64,000 nt of DNA from Candidatus Babeliales bacterium (lineage in GTDB: Bacteria > Babelota > Babeliae > Babelales > RVW-14): NCBI GenBank assembly GCA_041662445.1, contig JBAZSL010000003.1, forward strand, positions 842-64,841, written 5' to 3'. The notes beneath the pieces were generated by a model. It made no database searches and had not been told where the DNA came from. It saw nothing but the letters and a program-made list of their open reading frames with translations. The number at the start of each line of letters is the position of its first letter. Within the stretch, counting starts at the first letter, position 1. The position numbers were made by a program, and so were the translations under genes. Below are positions 1 through 10,534 of this stretch, piece by piece.

Positions 1-382
1 AGTGTAGTACTTTGCCAGCAGGAATCCTGAAATCGCCGTTGAGAATGAGCGTATGTCCACGACCATCGATATTGCCACCGGTGGTGAGTGTTACCTCTGA
101 ATCGAATTCCAGATCTTTCAATAATCGGATGGTGCTTGTTTCACGTAGATCAATGTCACCGGAAACAGAAAATACCACATCCATGGTTACACATGAGTGT
201 GGCATAACGGTAAAACCTTCGTTGAGGCGTACAAAGCCTTGCGCCATTTCGTCGTTATAAAAAATGTGGTTTGTCGTAACGTAGGCTGTTCGATTGTTGT
301 AGGCGGTAATGCTGCTAGCTGCAAGTGATGTGCTTATGATAGTGATCCATGCGCAGGTGAATAGGCTGCGTAGATATTTCAT
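1..382 (-). CDS. Partial CDS (N-terminal ~127 codons, runs off the window start): secreted hypothetical protein
   Basis: Minus-strand ATG at 382-380 preceded by GGAGAGAGGG (rc of 385-394). Translation MKYLRSLFTCAWITIISTSLAASSITAYNN... has a signal-peptide-like N-terminus and stays open to base 1. It is absent from the ORF track because it has no stop inside the window. Confidence 0.5.
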   Translation of the reverse strand, partial: MKYLRSLFTCAWITIISTSLAASSITAYNNRTAYVTTNHIFYNDEMAQGFVRLNEGFTVMPHSCVTMDVVFSVSGDIDLRETSTIRLLKDLEFDSEVTLTTGGNIDGRGHTLILNGDFRIPAGKVLH

Positions 383-425
383 ATCCCTCTCTCCTTTTTT
401 ACTACTTCTTTTCCGATTTATTTTT

Positions 426-2054
426 TTATTGGTTCCTCTTCCACAGCCATCTTAGCAGATGAAATAAAGAAATATTAAGTGTCATACCCAAACTCAGAGC
501 CATAATCGCACTTATATATGAGTTATGATTTTGAATCAATACTCCTAGTAGTCCAAAGGCGCATGCTGCTGAAAATACCGTTGGTAGCGATAAGCTTAGC
601 TGACTTTTAACCACGTCAATATGATAAGCTCCTGAGCTTGTTGCGGTCATGAGCATGACGTCAGCTATAGGCGATACGTGATTACCAACGACAGCACCAG
701 ATACAATGGCGCCAATCAACGCAAAAAGGAGAGGGGTACTTGCCATGGTGAGCGGTGTTTGTACCCCTATGAGTGTAGGCAACATGCTGAGTCCGAGAGG
801 GATAAGCATCGTCATGGTTCCCCATGCGGTGCCCATGAGTGTTGCAATTAAGGCTGCCATCAGGAAGAAGATGAGAGGGAGGAGCCGCAAGCTCATATAG
901 CTTGCCATTATGCCCGCCAGATAACTTCCTGTTTGCAGGTCTTTGGAAAGCATCGAACTTAATGTCCAAATAAAAAGCAGCGTCATAGCAGAACCGGTCA
1001 TTGATCGAGCGCCATCGATAATAAGCTGGGGAACAACACGTAATAAAATTTTAGAACGTGCAACAAAAAAGATAAGCGTTGCAATAACCGTGATCAGTCC
1101 ACCACTGCAAAAAGCAGCAGGAATGTTGGCTGCGCCAAGCGTATCAAGCAGGGTATTGGTACCACCAAAAAAGTGCCAGTTGCCAAGATAAAGGATGGAT
1201 CCAATGATTGAGACAAACAGGAGAATGATAGGGAAAAGAAAATCAAACAAGCTTCCTGCTTGTGGCGTTTCGGTAGATTGTTTGACTAACGGTGTTTTAC
1301 CACCAAAGAGATTGCCCGTTGTTTGTGCAAGATGTTCCTGTTGCGCAATGATGCCGTAGGATAAACGACGTGAAACTATGTACCACAATGAGAAAATGAC
1401 AATAGGAACATAGAGCATGAAGGGGATGCTGTGCAGGTAGACGTTGAATGGTTCAGCTGTCACAAGTGTCGAGGCGGTGGCATGAGTAGAGATTCCCGAG
1501 CTGCGTAGCTGGGTCAGGATAAAAGCAACCCAAGTTGAAAGTGGGGCAATGATGGCAAGTGGGGCAGCTATAAAGCTTACAAGCACCGCAAGCTTGGCTC
1601 GTGGCACTTTGAAAAGATCAGTTACCGGTTGCATGACGGCGCCGATGGTGAGGCAGGGAAAGTAATCGTCGATGAAGAGAAGTGTTGATAACAGAAGCGA
1701 AGCGCGTTCTGCTCCGGCGGCAGTGGTAATTCGTTTCATCACAAAATTACCATAGGCATATGCTGCTCCAGACCGTTGGATAATGGTGATAAGAATTCCC
1801 ATGATAAATAGGAATATGAGAATAAACAGATAGTAGCAGGATTCTATGCCGCCCCAAGAGGTGAGTTGAGTGATTTCGGTTTTTTCTATAAATCGTGTTG
1901 CTATCAGGCGCATTGATGAAATTATATTGAAGTCGCAGACGATGAGTGCGGCGCTGATGATTCCCGTGATAAGCGCCGGAAGTACGCGACGCGTTACTGC
2001 CGCTAATGCGATGACGATGAGCGGTGGTAAAATAACGAGCCATGAATTTGTCAT
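426..2054 (-). CDS. nhaC: NhaC-family Na+/H+ antiporter (polytopic membrane transporter)
   Basis: 542-aa multi-TM ORF. The C-terminal GNHVSPIADVMLMTATSSG resembles the GDHxSPISDTT signature of NhaC-type antiporters. ATGA start/stop overlap with the upstream GT4 gene (2051-2054). Confidence 0.65.
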   Translation of the reverse strand: MTNSWLVILPPLIVIALAAVTRRVLPALITGIISAALIVCDFNIISSMRLIATRFIEKTEITQLTSWGGIESCYYLFILIFLFIMGILITIIQRSGAAYAYGNFVMKRITTAAGAERASLLLSTLLFIDDYFPCLTIGAVMQPVTDLFKVPRAKLAVLVSFIAAPLAIIAPLSTWVAFILTQLRSSGISTHATASTLVTAEPFNVYLHSIPFMLYVPIVIFSLWYIVSRRLSYGIIAQQEHLAQTTGNLFGGKTPLVKQSTETPQAGSLFDFLFPIILLFVSIIGSILYLGNWHFFGGTNTLLDTLGAANIPAAFCSGGLITVIATLIFFVARSKILLRVVPQLIIDGARSMTGSAMTLLFIWTLSSMLSKDLQTGSYLAGIMASYMSLRLLPLIFFLMAALIATLMGTAWGTMTMLIPLGLSMLPTLIGVQTPLTMASTPLLFALIGAIVSGAVVGNHVSPIADVMLMTATSSGAYHIDVVKSQLSLSLPTVFSAACAFGLLGVLIQNHNSYISAIMALSLGMTLNISLFHLLRWLWKRNQ

Positions 2055-3139
2055 AAGAGATCCCTTTGCATAAAATTTTTATATGCTGTTTTGAAAAGAT
2101 CACGATACTGTTCAACTACGCGTTCGATAGTAAATTTTTCATCAATGAGCTGCCGGGCAGCAGTACCCATGGTGATAGCTTTTTCTGGGTGATTATAAAG
2201 TTCTTCAAGCGCTCGCGCGAGCGCGCGGATGTCTCCTGGCGGGACTAAAAAGCCGTGAACTTTGTCAGTGATAACGTCGTGGCGCTCATATGCATGAGTT
2301 GTTGCTACCGGAATGCCGCAACATAGAGCTTCGAGCAACGCAAGAGAGATACCCTCGCTTTGTGATGAAAGTGCAAAGCAATCAAAAAGTTGATAAAAAC
2401 GCCATGCGTCAGGCTGTTCACCCGTAAAAAGAACATGTGCAGCGATATCAAGTGATTGTGCAAGATTCTTGAGCGTTTGCATTTGTGATCCACCGCCAAC
2501 GAGCACAAGTGTTAGTGGACGTGTGAGTGATATTGATGAACACAATAATGCGAATGCTCTGATAAGTATGTCATATGATTTGATCGGCTCTAAGCGCCCC
2601 ACCGAGCCGATAACAAACGCATCTTCGGCAATAGCACATTTACGTCGAGTCAATGGTCGTGCGACAATTTGAGCTCGTAGCTTATGCGCATTGATACCAT
2701 TTTTAATGACAATCACTCGACCGTCTGTAAGTTTTTTCCGCTCAATGTTTTTGATTTTTGCAACGATATGACAGCGATATGAATTTTCTACGGTAGTTGC
2801 AACTGCTATTGTACGTTGTGAAAGATGTGCGGTACGTCGATCTATGCTGTTGCGTAGCCATCCTTCATGTTCACAATTGCCATGCAAATCACTGACGACG
2901 GGAATACCACAACGAGTGCCTATTATTCTGCCCAAAATATTTGCTGACCATAGCGATGTGTGTATAACGTCAGGATTGATTTTTTTCACCAGCCGATAAA
3001 GACGGTAGTAAAGCAAGGGATCATAACGGTGTATGAGCCCACCTACAGGGTATGTTGGTATACCTAATGATGCCATTATTGCAACGCACGGCCCTGCATG
3101 AAAATAGGCAACATGATGCTGAATTGCACTGTCGCGCAT
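2051..3139 (-). CDS. GT4-family (GT-B fold) glycosyltransferase; true N-terminus probably upstream of 3139
   Basis: C-terminal EGISLALLEALCCGIPVATT plus FLVPPGD resemble the GT4 E-x7-E region. The in-frame upstream codons encode KVLHIITSLKIGGAERAL, a typical GT4 N-terminus, but no canonical start codon precedes them (see findings). Confidence 0.8.
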   Translation of the reverse strand: MRDSAIQHHVAYFHAGPCVAIMASLGIPTYPVGGLIHRYDPLLYYRLYRLVKKINPDVIHTSLWSANILGRIIGTRCGIPVVSDLHGNCEHEGWLRNSIDRRTAHLSQRTIAVATTVENSYRCHIVAKIKNIERKKLTDGRVIVIKNGINAHKLRAQIVARPLTRRKCAIAEDAFVIGSVGRLEPIKSYDILIRAFALLCSSISLTRPLTLVLVGGGSQMQTLKNLAQSLDIAAHVLFTGEQPDAWRFYQLFDCFALSSQSEGISLALLEALCCGIPVATTHAYERHDVITDKVHGFLVPPGDIRALARALEELYNHPEKAITMGTAARQLIDEKFTIERVVEQYRDLFKTAYKNFMQRDLL

Positions 3140-3261
3140 GTTCTCAAGCAGTGCACATAAGGCACGTTCAGCGCCGCCAATTTTGAGACTCGTAATGATA
3201 TGAAGAACTTTTAAAGGTGGTGTTGCCGCATCATTTGGGACGGGGAAACCTCGCGGAGTTG

Positions 3262-5523
3262 TTACTCATTCCCAGAATCCTCAGGTGGTGTTGGTGATCC
3301 ATCTGGCTCTTTATCAATAAATGCCATGAGCCGTTGACTACGTGATGGGTGACGAAGCTTGCGCAATGCTTTAACTTCTATCTGACGAATACGTTCACGA
3401 GTGACAGAGAAGTCTTTGCCAACTTCTTCAAGGGTATGCTCTGAGGCGACATCGATACCGAAACGCATCTTGAGAACTTTCTCTTCGCGCGGTGTAAGTG
3501 TCTTGAGCACCTCTCGAACTTTTTCTTTAAGATCCTCATTAATGACGGCATCAACAGGAGAATATTCATTCTCATCTTCGATGAAGTCCTTAAGATAGGT
3601 ATCATCGCTATCACCGACCGGGGTTTCAAGTGAAACCGGTTCTTTAGATATTTTGATGATGTTTTTAATTTTTTTCTCATCAAGATTGAGCTCTTTTGCA
3701 AGCTCTGCATACGACGGATCATGGCCTTTTTCTTGAACGTATGTTCTGGTGATTTTGTTAATTTTACTTAATGTTTCGACCATGTGTACCGGGACGCGAA
3801 TAGTACGTGATTGATCGGCAATGGCGCGCGTTATTGCTTGACGAATCCACCACGTCGCATACGTAGAAAACTTAAAGCCTCGTTCAAATTCAAATTTTTC
3901 GACAGCTTTCAAAAGACCAATGTTGCCTTCTTGAATAAGGTCCAAGAAATGCAAGCCACGATTGATGTATTTTTTTGCAATATTGACGACAAGCCGCAAA
4001 TTAGCACGGGCAAGATCATCTTTAGCAGATTTATCTTTGGCCTGGGCAACTACGAATTTTTTGAAAAGTTTGAGGATCTTTTCTTTGGGGAGGCCCGCTT
4101 CGCCTTCAACCTTTTTGATCATTTTGTTGCCGCTACGGATAGTGGTATCCAATAACGTTAGTTGCTCTTGATCTTCCTGCGTTGGCTTTTTGATGCTCTG
4201 GTAAAATTTAAACTTAACTTCAGCGGCTTTTATTTCGTCTTCTTTTTCCTGAATTTTATTAAGAACTTTTTCAATTTTTTTACCGAACTTTCGGATCTGC
4301 TTATTGGAAATCTTAATAGCTCGGATTCCCTGTACGATCTGACTTCGGTTTTCTTCTACCGTTGCCAACATTTCTTTTTTCTTTTCTTCAGAATCAAGTT
4401 GGCTACGATAAGAACGATAAATCTTGTCTTCATTAGAGACAAGATCTTTAATGTGCTGAATCGCTTTTAGAAGTTTTTGTTTTTCTTCTTCAAACTTCGG
4501 CGAATTATCTTCATCAAAATCAGAAAATTGAATCAGGTCTTTGAGAAATAGAGGATCTTTGGTGATGCGTTCTTCAAACCCCATCATGTCTTTTGCGACA
4601 AAGGGGAATTGCGAAATTGCTTCGATAGACTCTCGCTTGCCACTGGCGATTTTATCAGCAATGACTCTCTCTGTTTCTTTATTAAGCAAAGGAATTTTGC
4701 CGATCTCTTTAAGATACAATTTTACAGGGTCGTTAAGCTGACTTGGTTCAAGAAGCCCTTTGAGCCGCTCAAGATCCTTTTCAACGTATTCTTCTTCAGA
4801 AAGCTCGGTTGAAAGCTCTGCGCTTTCCAAGGTGTTTTCGATGTCTGGAGAGATGGCTTCAGCTGTCGGCGTTGAAATTTCACCGGCGATAAGGCCTTCA
4901 AGCTCCTTGGGGCTGGACTCAAGCTCATCTTGCAATATGAGATCGATATTTTCGCGCTCTAGTATGCGGACAAGATCATTGGCGTCTTCTTCACTCAGTT
5001 TATGACGCTGATTGAATCCCACCAATTCTTCGTAAGTGATAACCCCCTCGCTACGACCTTTGTCAATGAGAGCGGCAACTTGTTTTTCGATGCTCTTAAG
5101 GCTTTGGGTTACGATTTCTCCCTCAGGAAGTAAAATAGTGTGATCACTAGCTTCGTCGAGGGCAGATGCTTTTTCGATCCGGTGCTTTTTTATAAGAACT
5201 TTGGCTTTTGGTACTCGTGGAAATGCCGCTGCTGGTTTGCTCATGACCGGGGCGACTTTGACCGGAGGCTTGGTTGCCAGAACAGGGGCTTTTTTGACCA
5301 AAGATGGTGCGGGTGGAGTCAAAATTTTCTTTGGTGGAACCGGCGCCTTTTTTGGGGTTGGTTTAATAACTTTTTTGACGGCATTTTTTATAGAAGTTAC
5401 CGCTTTTGAAAACAGGCCACTTTTTGGAGCTGGTTTGGATACTGCTGGCTTTTTGCCATTGGCCTTATTTGTCGTTTTTACTGCATGAGAACTTGTTTTA
5501 TTTTTGTTTTTGTTATTCTTCAT
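3262..5523 (-). CDS. rpoD: Primary RNA polymerase sigma factor (sigma-70) with a long Lys/Pro/Ala-rich N-terminal extension
   Basis: Region 2: [54 protein letters not shown]. Region 4.2: [29 protein letters not shown]. 753 aa. 11-nt overlap with dnaG. Confidence 0.95.
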   Translation of the reverse strand: MKNNKNKNKTSSHAVKTTNKANGKKPAVSKPAPKSGLFSKAVTSIKNAVKKVIKPTPKKAPVPPKKILTPPAPSLVKKAPVLATKPPVKVAPVMSKPAAAFPRVPKAKVLIKKHRIEKASALDEASDHTILLPEGEIVTQSLKSIEKQVAALIDKGRSEGVITYEELVGFNQRHKLSEEDANDLVRILERENIDLILQDELESSPKELEGLIAGEISTPTAEAISPDIENTLESAELSTELSEEEYVEKDLERLKGLLEPSQLNDPVKLYLKEIGKIPLLNKETERVIADKIASGKRESIEAISQFPFVAKDMMGFEERITKDPLFLKDLIQFSDFDEDNSPKFEEEKQKLLKAIQHIKDLVSNEDKIYRSYRSQLDSEEKKKEMLATVEENRSQIVQGIRAIKISNKQIRKFGKKIEKVLNKIQEKEDEIKAAEVKFKFYQSIKKPTQEDQEQLTLLDTTIRSGNKMIKKVEGEAGLPKEKILKLFKKFVVAQAKDKSAKDDLARANLRLVVNIAKKYINRGLHFLDLIQEGNIGLLKAVEKFEFERGFKFSTYATWWIRQAITRAIADQSRTIRVPVHMVETLSKINKITRTYVQEKGHDPSYAELAKELNLDEKKIKNIIKISKEPVSLETPVGDSDDTYLKDFIEDENEYSPVDAVINEDLKEKVREVLKTLTPREEKVLKMRFGIDVASEHTLEEVGKDFSVTRERIRQIEVKALRKLRHPSRSQRLMAFIDKEPDGSPTPPEDSGNE

Positions 5524-7327
5524 TAGTTTTGCCCCTGCCTTGTAAAATTTCCAGTTTCAATTGTCCGAAATGTGTCAACAGTTCCTGAACTTTGTGCTGA
5601 TCGCCGGTTCGCTGTGCTCTGAGTATTTCTTCCTTAGATACTTTAACAACCCGCTGCCAATGAAGCTTATAAAGCCGAGCAATAATATGCTTAATTGCAT
5701 CCTGGCACTGCTGGCCATCGTGATGCATGAGAGCTTGTACGGCCCATTGGCGAAGAGGTTGATCAAGCGTTTCAAGGAACAGCGCTATGTCGTTGATCTG
5801 GTCGGTGTTATGCATCACTTTATCGTATACCGCACGTGCCGATGCCGAAAAGTAGGGATAAAGGTCGGACGGTATGTGTATAATTGCCTTTGTATTCAAA
5901 CTATTCATTATAGCAGCGAAAATTTTTTCCTCTAGTACATTGTGTTCAGAATGTTGAGGTAAGGGGTAGTTGTCAGATTGAGGTCCGACGGGCTGCGCTG
6001 GCGTTGTTTCAGCTTGAAACGAATTATCCGACGTTGTACGGTTGGCCCGTTCGATAAGGTCTTTTAATGAATCCATAGGCAACATCGTTATTTGTGCTGC
6101 TTGTTGGATAAGGATACCCTGTTTGAAGGGGTCTTGAACCCTGGCAAGAATATGCGCTATTTTTTCAGCAGCAGCAAGTTTAAGGGCTAATGGTTTTTGG
6201 GTAAACCCTGTACCTGAAGAGGCAATAAAAAAGGTAAATATGTCTTGTGCCTGGGCGATGAAGGGTTCGATTGGTTCTTCGGCCGCCAAAAGTGACGCGG
6301 GGTCATGCGCTGCAGGCAGTGTAATAACCTTCAGTTCCACGTTAACCTGCCAGCAAAGTTCGGAAAGGCGTACAACTGCTTTTTGTCCAGCGGCGTCACC
6401 GTCATACAGTACATAGATTGTATGAACAAGGCGCGCAAGCATTTTGAGGTGTTCCATGGTGCATGCCGTTCCGAGCGTGGCAACGGTATTGGGGTACCCA
6501 TGTTGTGCCATGGCGATGCAGTCCATGTAACCTTCAACCAAAAAGCAGTGTTGTCGTTCTTGGAGTGCTTTTTTGGCGAGGTCAAGCCCAAAAAGGAGCT
6601 TGCCTTTTTCAAACCCATGCGATTCTTTGCTGTTGTAATATTTGGGGCGTTGGTCACCAGGTTTGAAGATTCTTCCTCCAAAGCCGCAATGCTTGCCGAG
6701 GGCATTTTTAATAGGGAAAATAATGCGTTCTTCAAACGGTGAAAAAAAACCTGGATGAGCTTCAATGAGAATGCCATAGCTCAGAAGATCTTGGATCAGG
6801 AAGCTTTCATTTTTCATATCTTTAATGAATTTATTTACTACTGCAATGCCGCTGCCAAAGTACCCAATGCCAAATAAGTTTATAGTGGCGGCATTGACAG
6901 AGCGGCTGTCAAGGTATGCAAGCGCCGATTTGTCAGCATGGAGCGTTGCCTGCATCCATTCACTTACGGTTTTACAGAGCAAAAAATATCGTTCACGTTC
7001 ATCACGTTGTTGTGAGGTGAGTGTGCTTCCATGCGCATGGGTTATGTTTGCTGGAATAACGAGATTGTATCGTTCGATGAGCAGTTGGGCGGCTTCGATT
7101 TGAGGAAGATTCTCTTTGCGTGCAACAAAACCAATGACGTCACCTGAGACGTGACAACCAAAGCAGTAAAAAATACCTTTGTCGGGGCTAACCGTAAACG
7201 AAGCGTCTTTTTCGGCGTGAAAGGGGCATGGTCCTTTAAGATAGTTGCCGGCAGGTTTGAGATGAACAGATTCCGCGACAACATCGACAATTGAAAGATG
7301 CTCTTTGATATAGGCAAACAACGACAT
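5513..7327 (-). CDS. dnaG: DNA primase
   Basis: CHC2 zinc finger [36 protein letters not shown] region [13 protein letters not shown]...[12 protein letters not shown]. Classic dnaG-rpoD adjacency. Confidence 0.95.
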   Translation of the reverse strand: MSLFAYIKEHLSIVDVVAESVHLKPAGNYLKGPCPFHAEKDASFTVSPDKGIFYCFGCHVSGDVIGFVARKENLPQIEAAQLLIERYNLVIPANITHAHGSTLTSQQRDERERYFLLCKTVSEWMQATLHADKSALAYLDSRSVNAATINLFGIGYFGSGIAVVNKFIKDMKNESFLIQDLLSYGILIEAHPGFFSPFEERIIFPIKNALGKHCGFGGRIFKPGDQRPKYYNSKESHGFEKGKLLFGLDLAKKALQERQHCFLVEGYMDCIAMAQHGYPNTVATLGTACTMEHLKMLARLVHTIYVLYDGDAAGQKAVVRLSELCWQVNVELKVITLPAAHDPASLLAAEEPIEPFIAQAQDIFTFFIASSGTGFTQKPLALKLAAAEKIAHILARVQDPFKQGILIQQAAQITMLPMDSLKDLIERANRTTSDNSFQAETTPAQPVGPQSDNYPLPQHSEHNVLEEKIFAAIMNSLNTKAIIHIPSDLYPYFSASARAVYDKVMHNTDQINDIALFLETLDQPLRQWAVQALMHHDGQQCQDAIKHIIARLYKLHWQRVVKVSKEEILRAQRTGDQHKVQELLTHFGQLKLEILQGRGKTNEE

Positions 7328-7346
7328 AATTTTCTGCGGACAAGGC

Positions 7347-8192
7347 TTACGTGGAGGCTTGAATTTTTTGTTTACGTTTTAGTATGAGCAACAATATGCC
7401 AGTTATTGCCAATCCGGCAAGAGAAAAACATTGTACTTGGGAAATGGTGAATTTTCCCTCAAAAAATGATGCGATGATAGGATCGCGGTCTCCTCGCCAA
7501 AAATCAGTTACAAAGCGTGCTGTGTTTTCGAGCGTGAGATATGCACACAACATGGCGCCCGAATGTTTAAGGAGATATTTTGAAAATCCCATGAGCACAA
7601 AAAATATCATGAGCGATGCAATGCTGGTATACAGCTGTGCGGGATGAAGCGGGGTGTTGAGCGGTGCTTCGCCATAAGGATTGGTGAAGGTTATTGCCCA
7701 CCATAATGTTGGTGCGGGGGCTCCATAGCAACAGCCGGCGCCAAGGCATCCAAGCCGCGAAATTGCTTGCATCAGTGGAGCATACAGGGTGGCAATATCA
7801 AGGATGGGGAGTATGGGTGCGCCAAGAGCGTAAAGTTTAAAGGGGACGATGATAAGTACACCCAAAATTGCCCCAATGACCGTAAAACCTCCAACCCATG
7901 GATAAAAAACTTGAAGCCAATTGTCGGCAAAAAGATTGAGGTTGGTGAGCACATATAAAAGCCGTCCGCCAATGACACCACTTGCGAGTCCTATCGAAAC
8001 AATATTGAGATACGCTTCGGTGCCGATGAGCTTTTTGCGCAACGGATTACGGGTTGTTAGAACCAAAAAAGTTAAAAAACCGATAGCAATCATGACCCCA
8101 TATGTATGAATCCATAAAGGGCCGTAGATGTGTACAAGTCTTGGGTGCATGAATTTCTTCCTAAAAATGGTTAAAAAAGCTCGTTGAAGCAA
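7347..8192 (-). CDS. lgt: Prolipoprotein diacylglyceryl transferase
   Basis: IHTYGVMIAIGFL, GGRLLYV, HPAQLY and RFVTDFWRGD segments are typical of Lgt. A more likely start is the ATG at 8150 (MHPRLVHIYGP...). Confidence 0.85.
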   Translation of the reverse strand: MLQRAFLTIFRKKFMHPRLVHIYGPLWIHTYGVMIAIGFLTFLVLTTRNPLRKKLIGTEAYLNIVSIGLASGVIGGRLLYVLTNLNLFADNWLQVFYPWVGGFTVIGAILGVLIIVPFKLYALGAPILPILDIATLYAPLMQAISRLGCLGAGCCYGAPAPTLWWAITFTNPYGEAPLNTPLHPAQLYTSIASLMIFFVLMGFSKYLLKHSGAMLCAYLTLENTARFVTDFWRGDRDPIIASFFEGKFTISQVQCFSLAGLAITGILLLILKRKQKIQAST

Positions 8193-8304
8193 TGTGAAGC
8201 CAGTCTACCATGAAGCGACGCGCCATAAAACATTCTTTTTTGGTGATATTTGGGGAAGGTTGTTACAGGTAGAAATGTTTTATTGTGCGGTACGGGTGTT
8301 GCGA

Positions 8305-8332
8305 TTGACAAAAAGAAATTATTGACTACTAT
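8305..8332 (+). promoter_or_regulatory. Candidate sigma-70 promoter for the first M48-like gene
   Basis: TTGACA (8305-8310), 16-nt spacer, TACTAT (8327-8332), about 25 nt upstream of the ORF start. Confidence 0.3.
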
Positions 8333-8354
8333 AAAACAATAGAAAGCAAGTTAA

Positions 8355-9308
8355 ATGAACTATTTTATGGGGGTTATCATGAATAGATTACGTAATTTTT
8401 TTATGGTCTTTTTGTTTTGTGCAGGTGTAAGTGGTCTTCATGCTGCCCAGGCTGAACTGCCTCATGATGTGGAAATTGAGCAGGAAGGGTTGAAAAGCGA
8501 TGATTGGACTATTGTACATGAGCTTGCAGCTGTTGTTGATGAGATAAAGAATGTTTTTTCAACTTACATAAGTGAGCATGAAAAACAATTATATGCAATG
8601 AAAGCATTAGAGAATGCTCTTTCGTGTTCGCCGGCGTTTATTATAAATGCTGGCCTGAATCCGCAACAAATGCGGGAACGTTTTAATAACTATGTTATGG
8701 CGGAGACACTGGCTGGATGGAACTGCCCCATGCCGATTCCCATTTCAAAAGATAAGGCTCCGATTGTTTATGGAATCGTATGCGAGCTTGCTCAGTTATT
8801 ACGATGCCCAATGCCGCTTATTTGTATTGGTTCTTATAAGGGCGATATAGAAAATTTTTCAGAGACAGCAATGGACTATTTTCCCGGAGTTGGGATGGGC
8901 GTCCTCTACCTTGGATGTGGGATGTTTAAACGTTTGAATGATCGTAGTGCCAAGGCTGTGCTTGCACATGAACTTGGACATCTTAAATGTTATGATTGTA
9001 AAAAAAATAATGGATTTTTTGAAAAGAACGTTATCACTGATTCAATCGTCAGCATGATGGAAATGGAAGCCGATCGATTGGCATTGAAATCGACCATTGA
9101 TCCGGATGCCTTTATTGATTCGATGCATAAATTGAAAAGAATGAATATGGAAGCAGGATTTGATGGAACTGGTAGTGACCAAACCCACCTGTCATATGCC
9201 TCTCGTATTACGCTGGCAGAAAAAATGAAAAAAATACTGTCGAAGGATTCAAGAATCGTGGCCAGTCTTTGTGTGCAGCATGCCAATAGTCGCACTTCGA
9301 TGTTCTGA
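8355..9308 (+). CDS. Secreted zinc metalloprotease, M48-like (HExxH)
   Basis: Signal-peptide-like N-terminus (MNRLRNFFMVFLFCAGVSGLHA). HELGH zinc motif in AVLAHELGHLKCYD. Downstream EMEADRLAL. Paralogous to the next gene. Confidence 0.6.
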   Translation: MNYFMGVIMNRLRNFFMVFLFCAGVSGLHAAQAELPHDVEIEQEGLKSDDWTIVHELAAVVDEIKNVFSTYISEHEKQLYAMKALENALSCSPAFIINAGLNPQQMRERFNNYVMAETLAGWNCPMPIPISKDKAPIVYGIVCELAQLLRCPMPLICIGSYKGDIENFSETAMDYFPGVGMGVLYLGCGMFKRLNDRSAKAVLAHELGHLKCYDCKKNNGFFEKNVITDSIVSMMEMEADRLALKSTIDPDAFIDSMHKLKRMNMEAGFDGTGSDQTHLSYASRITLAEKMKKILSKDSRIVASLCVQHANSRTSMF

Positions 9309-9478
9309 TACGGCATCTCGCTCAATAACAGTAATTAATTCTTGATGGCGCTCTATCATTGCGCGCGCAGTATAAATGTGCGTAGTATTCAAATACACGT
9401 TTTAGTTGAATGGTTTTGAAAAGCGAGTATTTTATGGTGCGCGAACCAAACAAAAAAATATACAAGATGGGGCAAACC

Positions 9479-10534
9479 ATGAATAAGGCGATTGTTGGTG
9501 TTGTTACGACGATACTGATTATTTTTGGGGGTTTTATTAACGCTGCCAATCCTGCGTTGGTAGCTGAGCGGGCAATTGCGCGTGAACTTGGACGTGTTGT
9601 GTCCGTGTTCCAACGTAAGCGTTTTCAGCTTGCCGATGAGCACGAGATGCGTGTGTACGACATGTTGGCATTTGACGCAGCCTTGGCATCAATTCCGGAA
9701 ATTGCCGAAGATGGCATAGATTGTGTGCGTCAAAGATTTACTCAAATGTATGATGTGCAAGGTGCGATGATTCCCCTGTCTCAAGAACAGGCGCCAACGC
9801 TTTATGCAACGGTGGTCGATATGGCGAAACGATTGCAGTGTTCAATTCCGCTTATATGTATAGATACTGAATTGAATTTTGGCGAAACAGAAGCGATACA
9901 CAATCCTGCGTGGTATGGTCCCGCTACAGATATCATTCGCATTGGATACGGTACCTTCAAACGTTTGGATGATCGTATGGTACGATGCTTACTTGCTCAT
10001 GAATTTGGGCATTTTAAAATTTTTATGAAATTGCCGACATGGCGACTGTTAGGTCTTGGGATATTGTTACTCATGGTTATTCGCGCTGGGATTATGCGTG
10101 CTTGCGAGACAGGAGAATTTGGCGTGTTGCGTTTTGTGGTGCAATTTTTGGCGGTAAGTTTTGGATACGGTTGGTTCTGTAGAAACATTTTGCCTTCGAA
10201 AGCTCCCGATCAGCATGAAGTGGAAAAAGAGGCTGACCGGTTTGCTCTAGAACTAGTTGGGCCTGCAGTGTTTATCGAAACGATGCAAAGATTGCGCTCT
10301 ATAGTGTCTGAAGCTTTTGAGGAACAGTATGATCCAACTTCAGGTACCATCGCTCAAAAATTACGTGAACTAGCGGACTCTGATCCGGATGCGGCGGAAC
10401 GCTATCGCATGAATCTTAGCGGCAGTGTGTCTTCATTTAGAGAAGCATTTGAACAATTGGATGGCGGTAGTGACACACATCCTACGTTTGCCTCACGCAT
10501 TGCAATGGCAGAGAAATGGAAGAAGAAAAATTAG
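9479..10534 (+). CDS. M48-like zinc metalloprotease paralog with two extra TM segments after HExxH
   Basis: CLLAHEFGHFKIF (HExxH), EKEADRFALE and THPTFASRIAMAEKWKK parallel the upstream gene (HELGH, EMEADRLAL, THLSYASRITLAEKMKK). The ORF opens at 9410; the ATG at 9479 (MNKAIVGVV...) gives a signal anchor. Confidence 0.6.
   Translation: MNKAIVGVVTTILIIFGGFINAANPALVAERAIARELGRVVSVFQRKRFQLADEHEMRVYDMLAFDAALASIPEIAEDGIDCVRQRFTQMYDVQGAMIPLSQEQAPTLYATVVDMAKRLQCSIPLICIDTELNFGETEAIHNPAWYGPATDIIRIGYGTFKRLDDRMVRCLLAHEFGHFKIFMKLPTWRLLGLGILLLMVIRAGIMRACETGEFGVLRFVVQFLAVSFGYGWFCRNILPSKAPDQHEVEKEADRFALELVGPAVFIETMQRLRSIVSEAFEEQYDPTSGTIAQKLRELADSDPDAAERYRMNLSGSVSSFREAFEQLDGGSDTHPTFASRIAMAEKWKKKN

Noticed and set aside
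12-260. Plus-strand 82-aa ORF at the window start
   Set aside because: It lies antisense to a better-supported minus-strand partial gene (ATG 382, SD, signal peptide, open to base 1). Its own sequence is low-complexity Ser/Pro/Arg-rich, with no SD.
3378-5488. Many 60-115-aa ORFs in alternative frames and on the plus strand inside rpoD
   Set aside because: They are embedded in a gene with unmistakable sigma-70 motifs. Their K/F/L/S-rich translations are typical of antisense readings of an AT-rich, Lys/Glu-rich gene.
10531-10534. Convergent stop-codon overlap (TTAG) between the second M48-like gene and murG, and the 17-nt convergent overlap at 19307..19323
   Set aside because: These are real in the sequence but are a common consequence of compact genomes. 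They are not evidence of special regulation by themselves.
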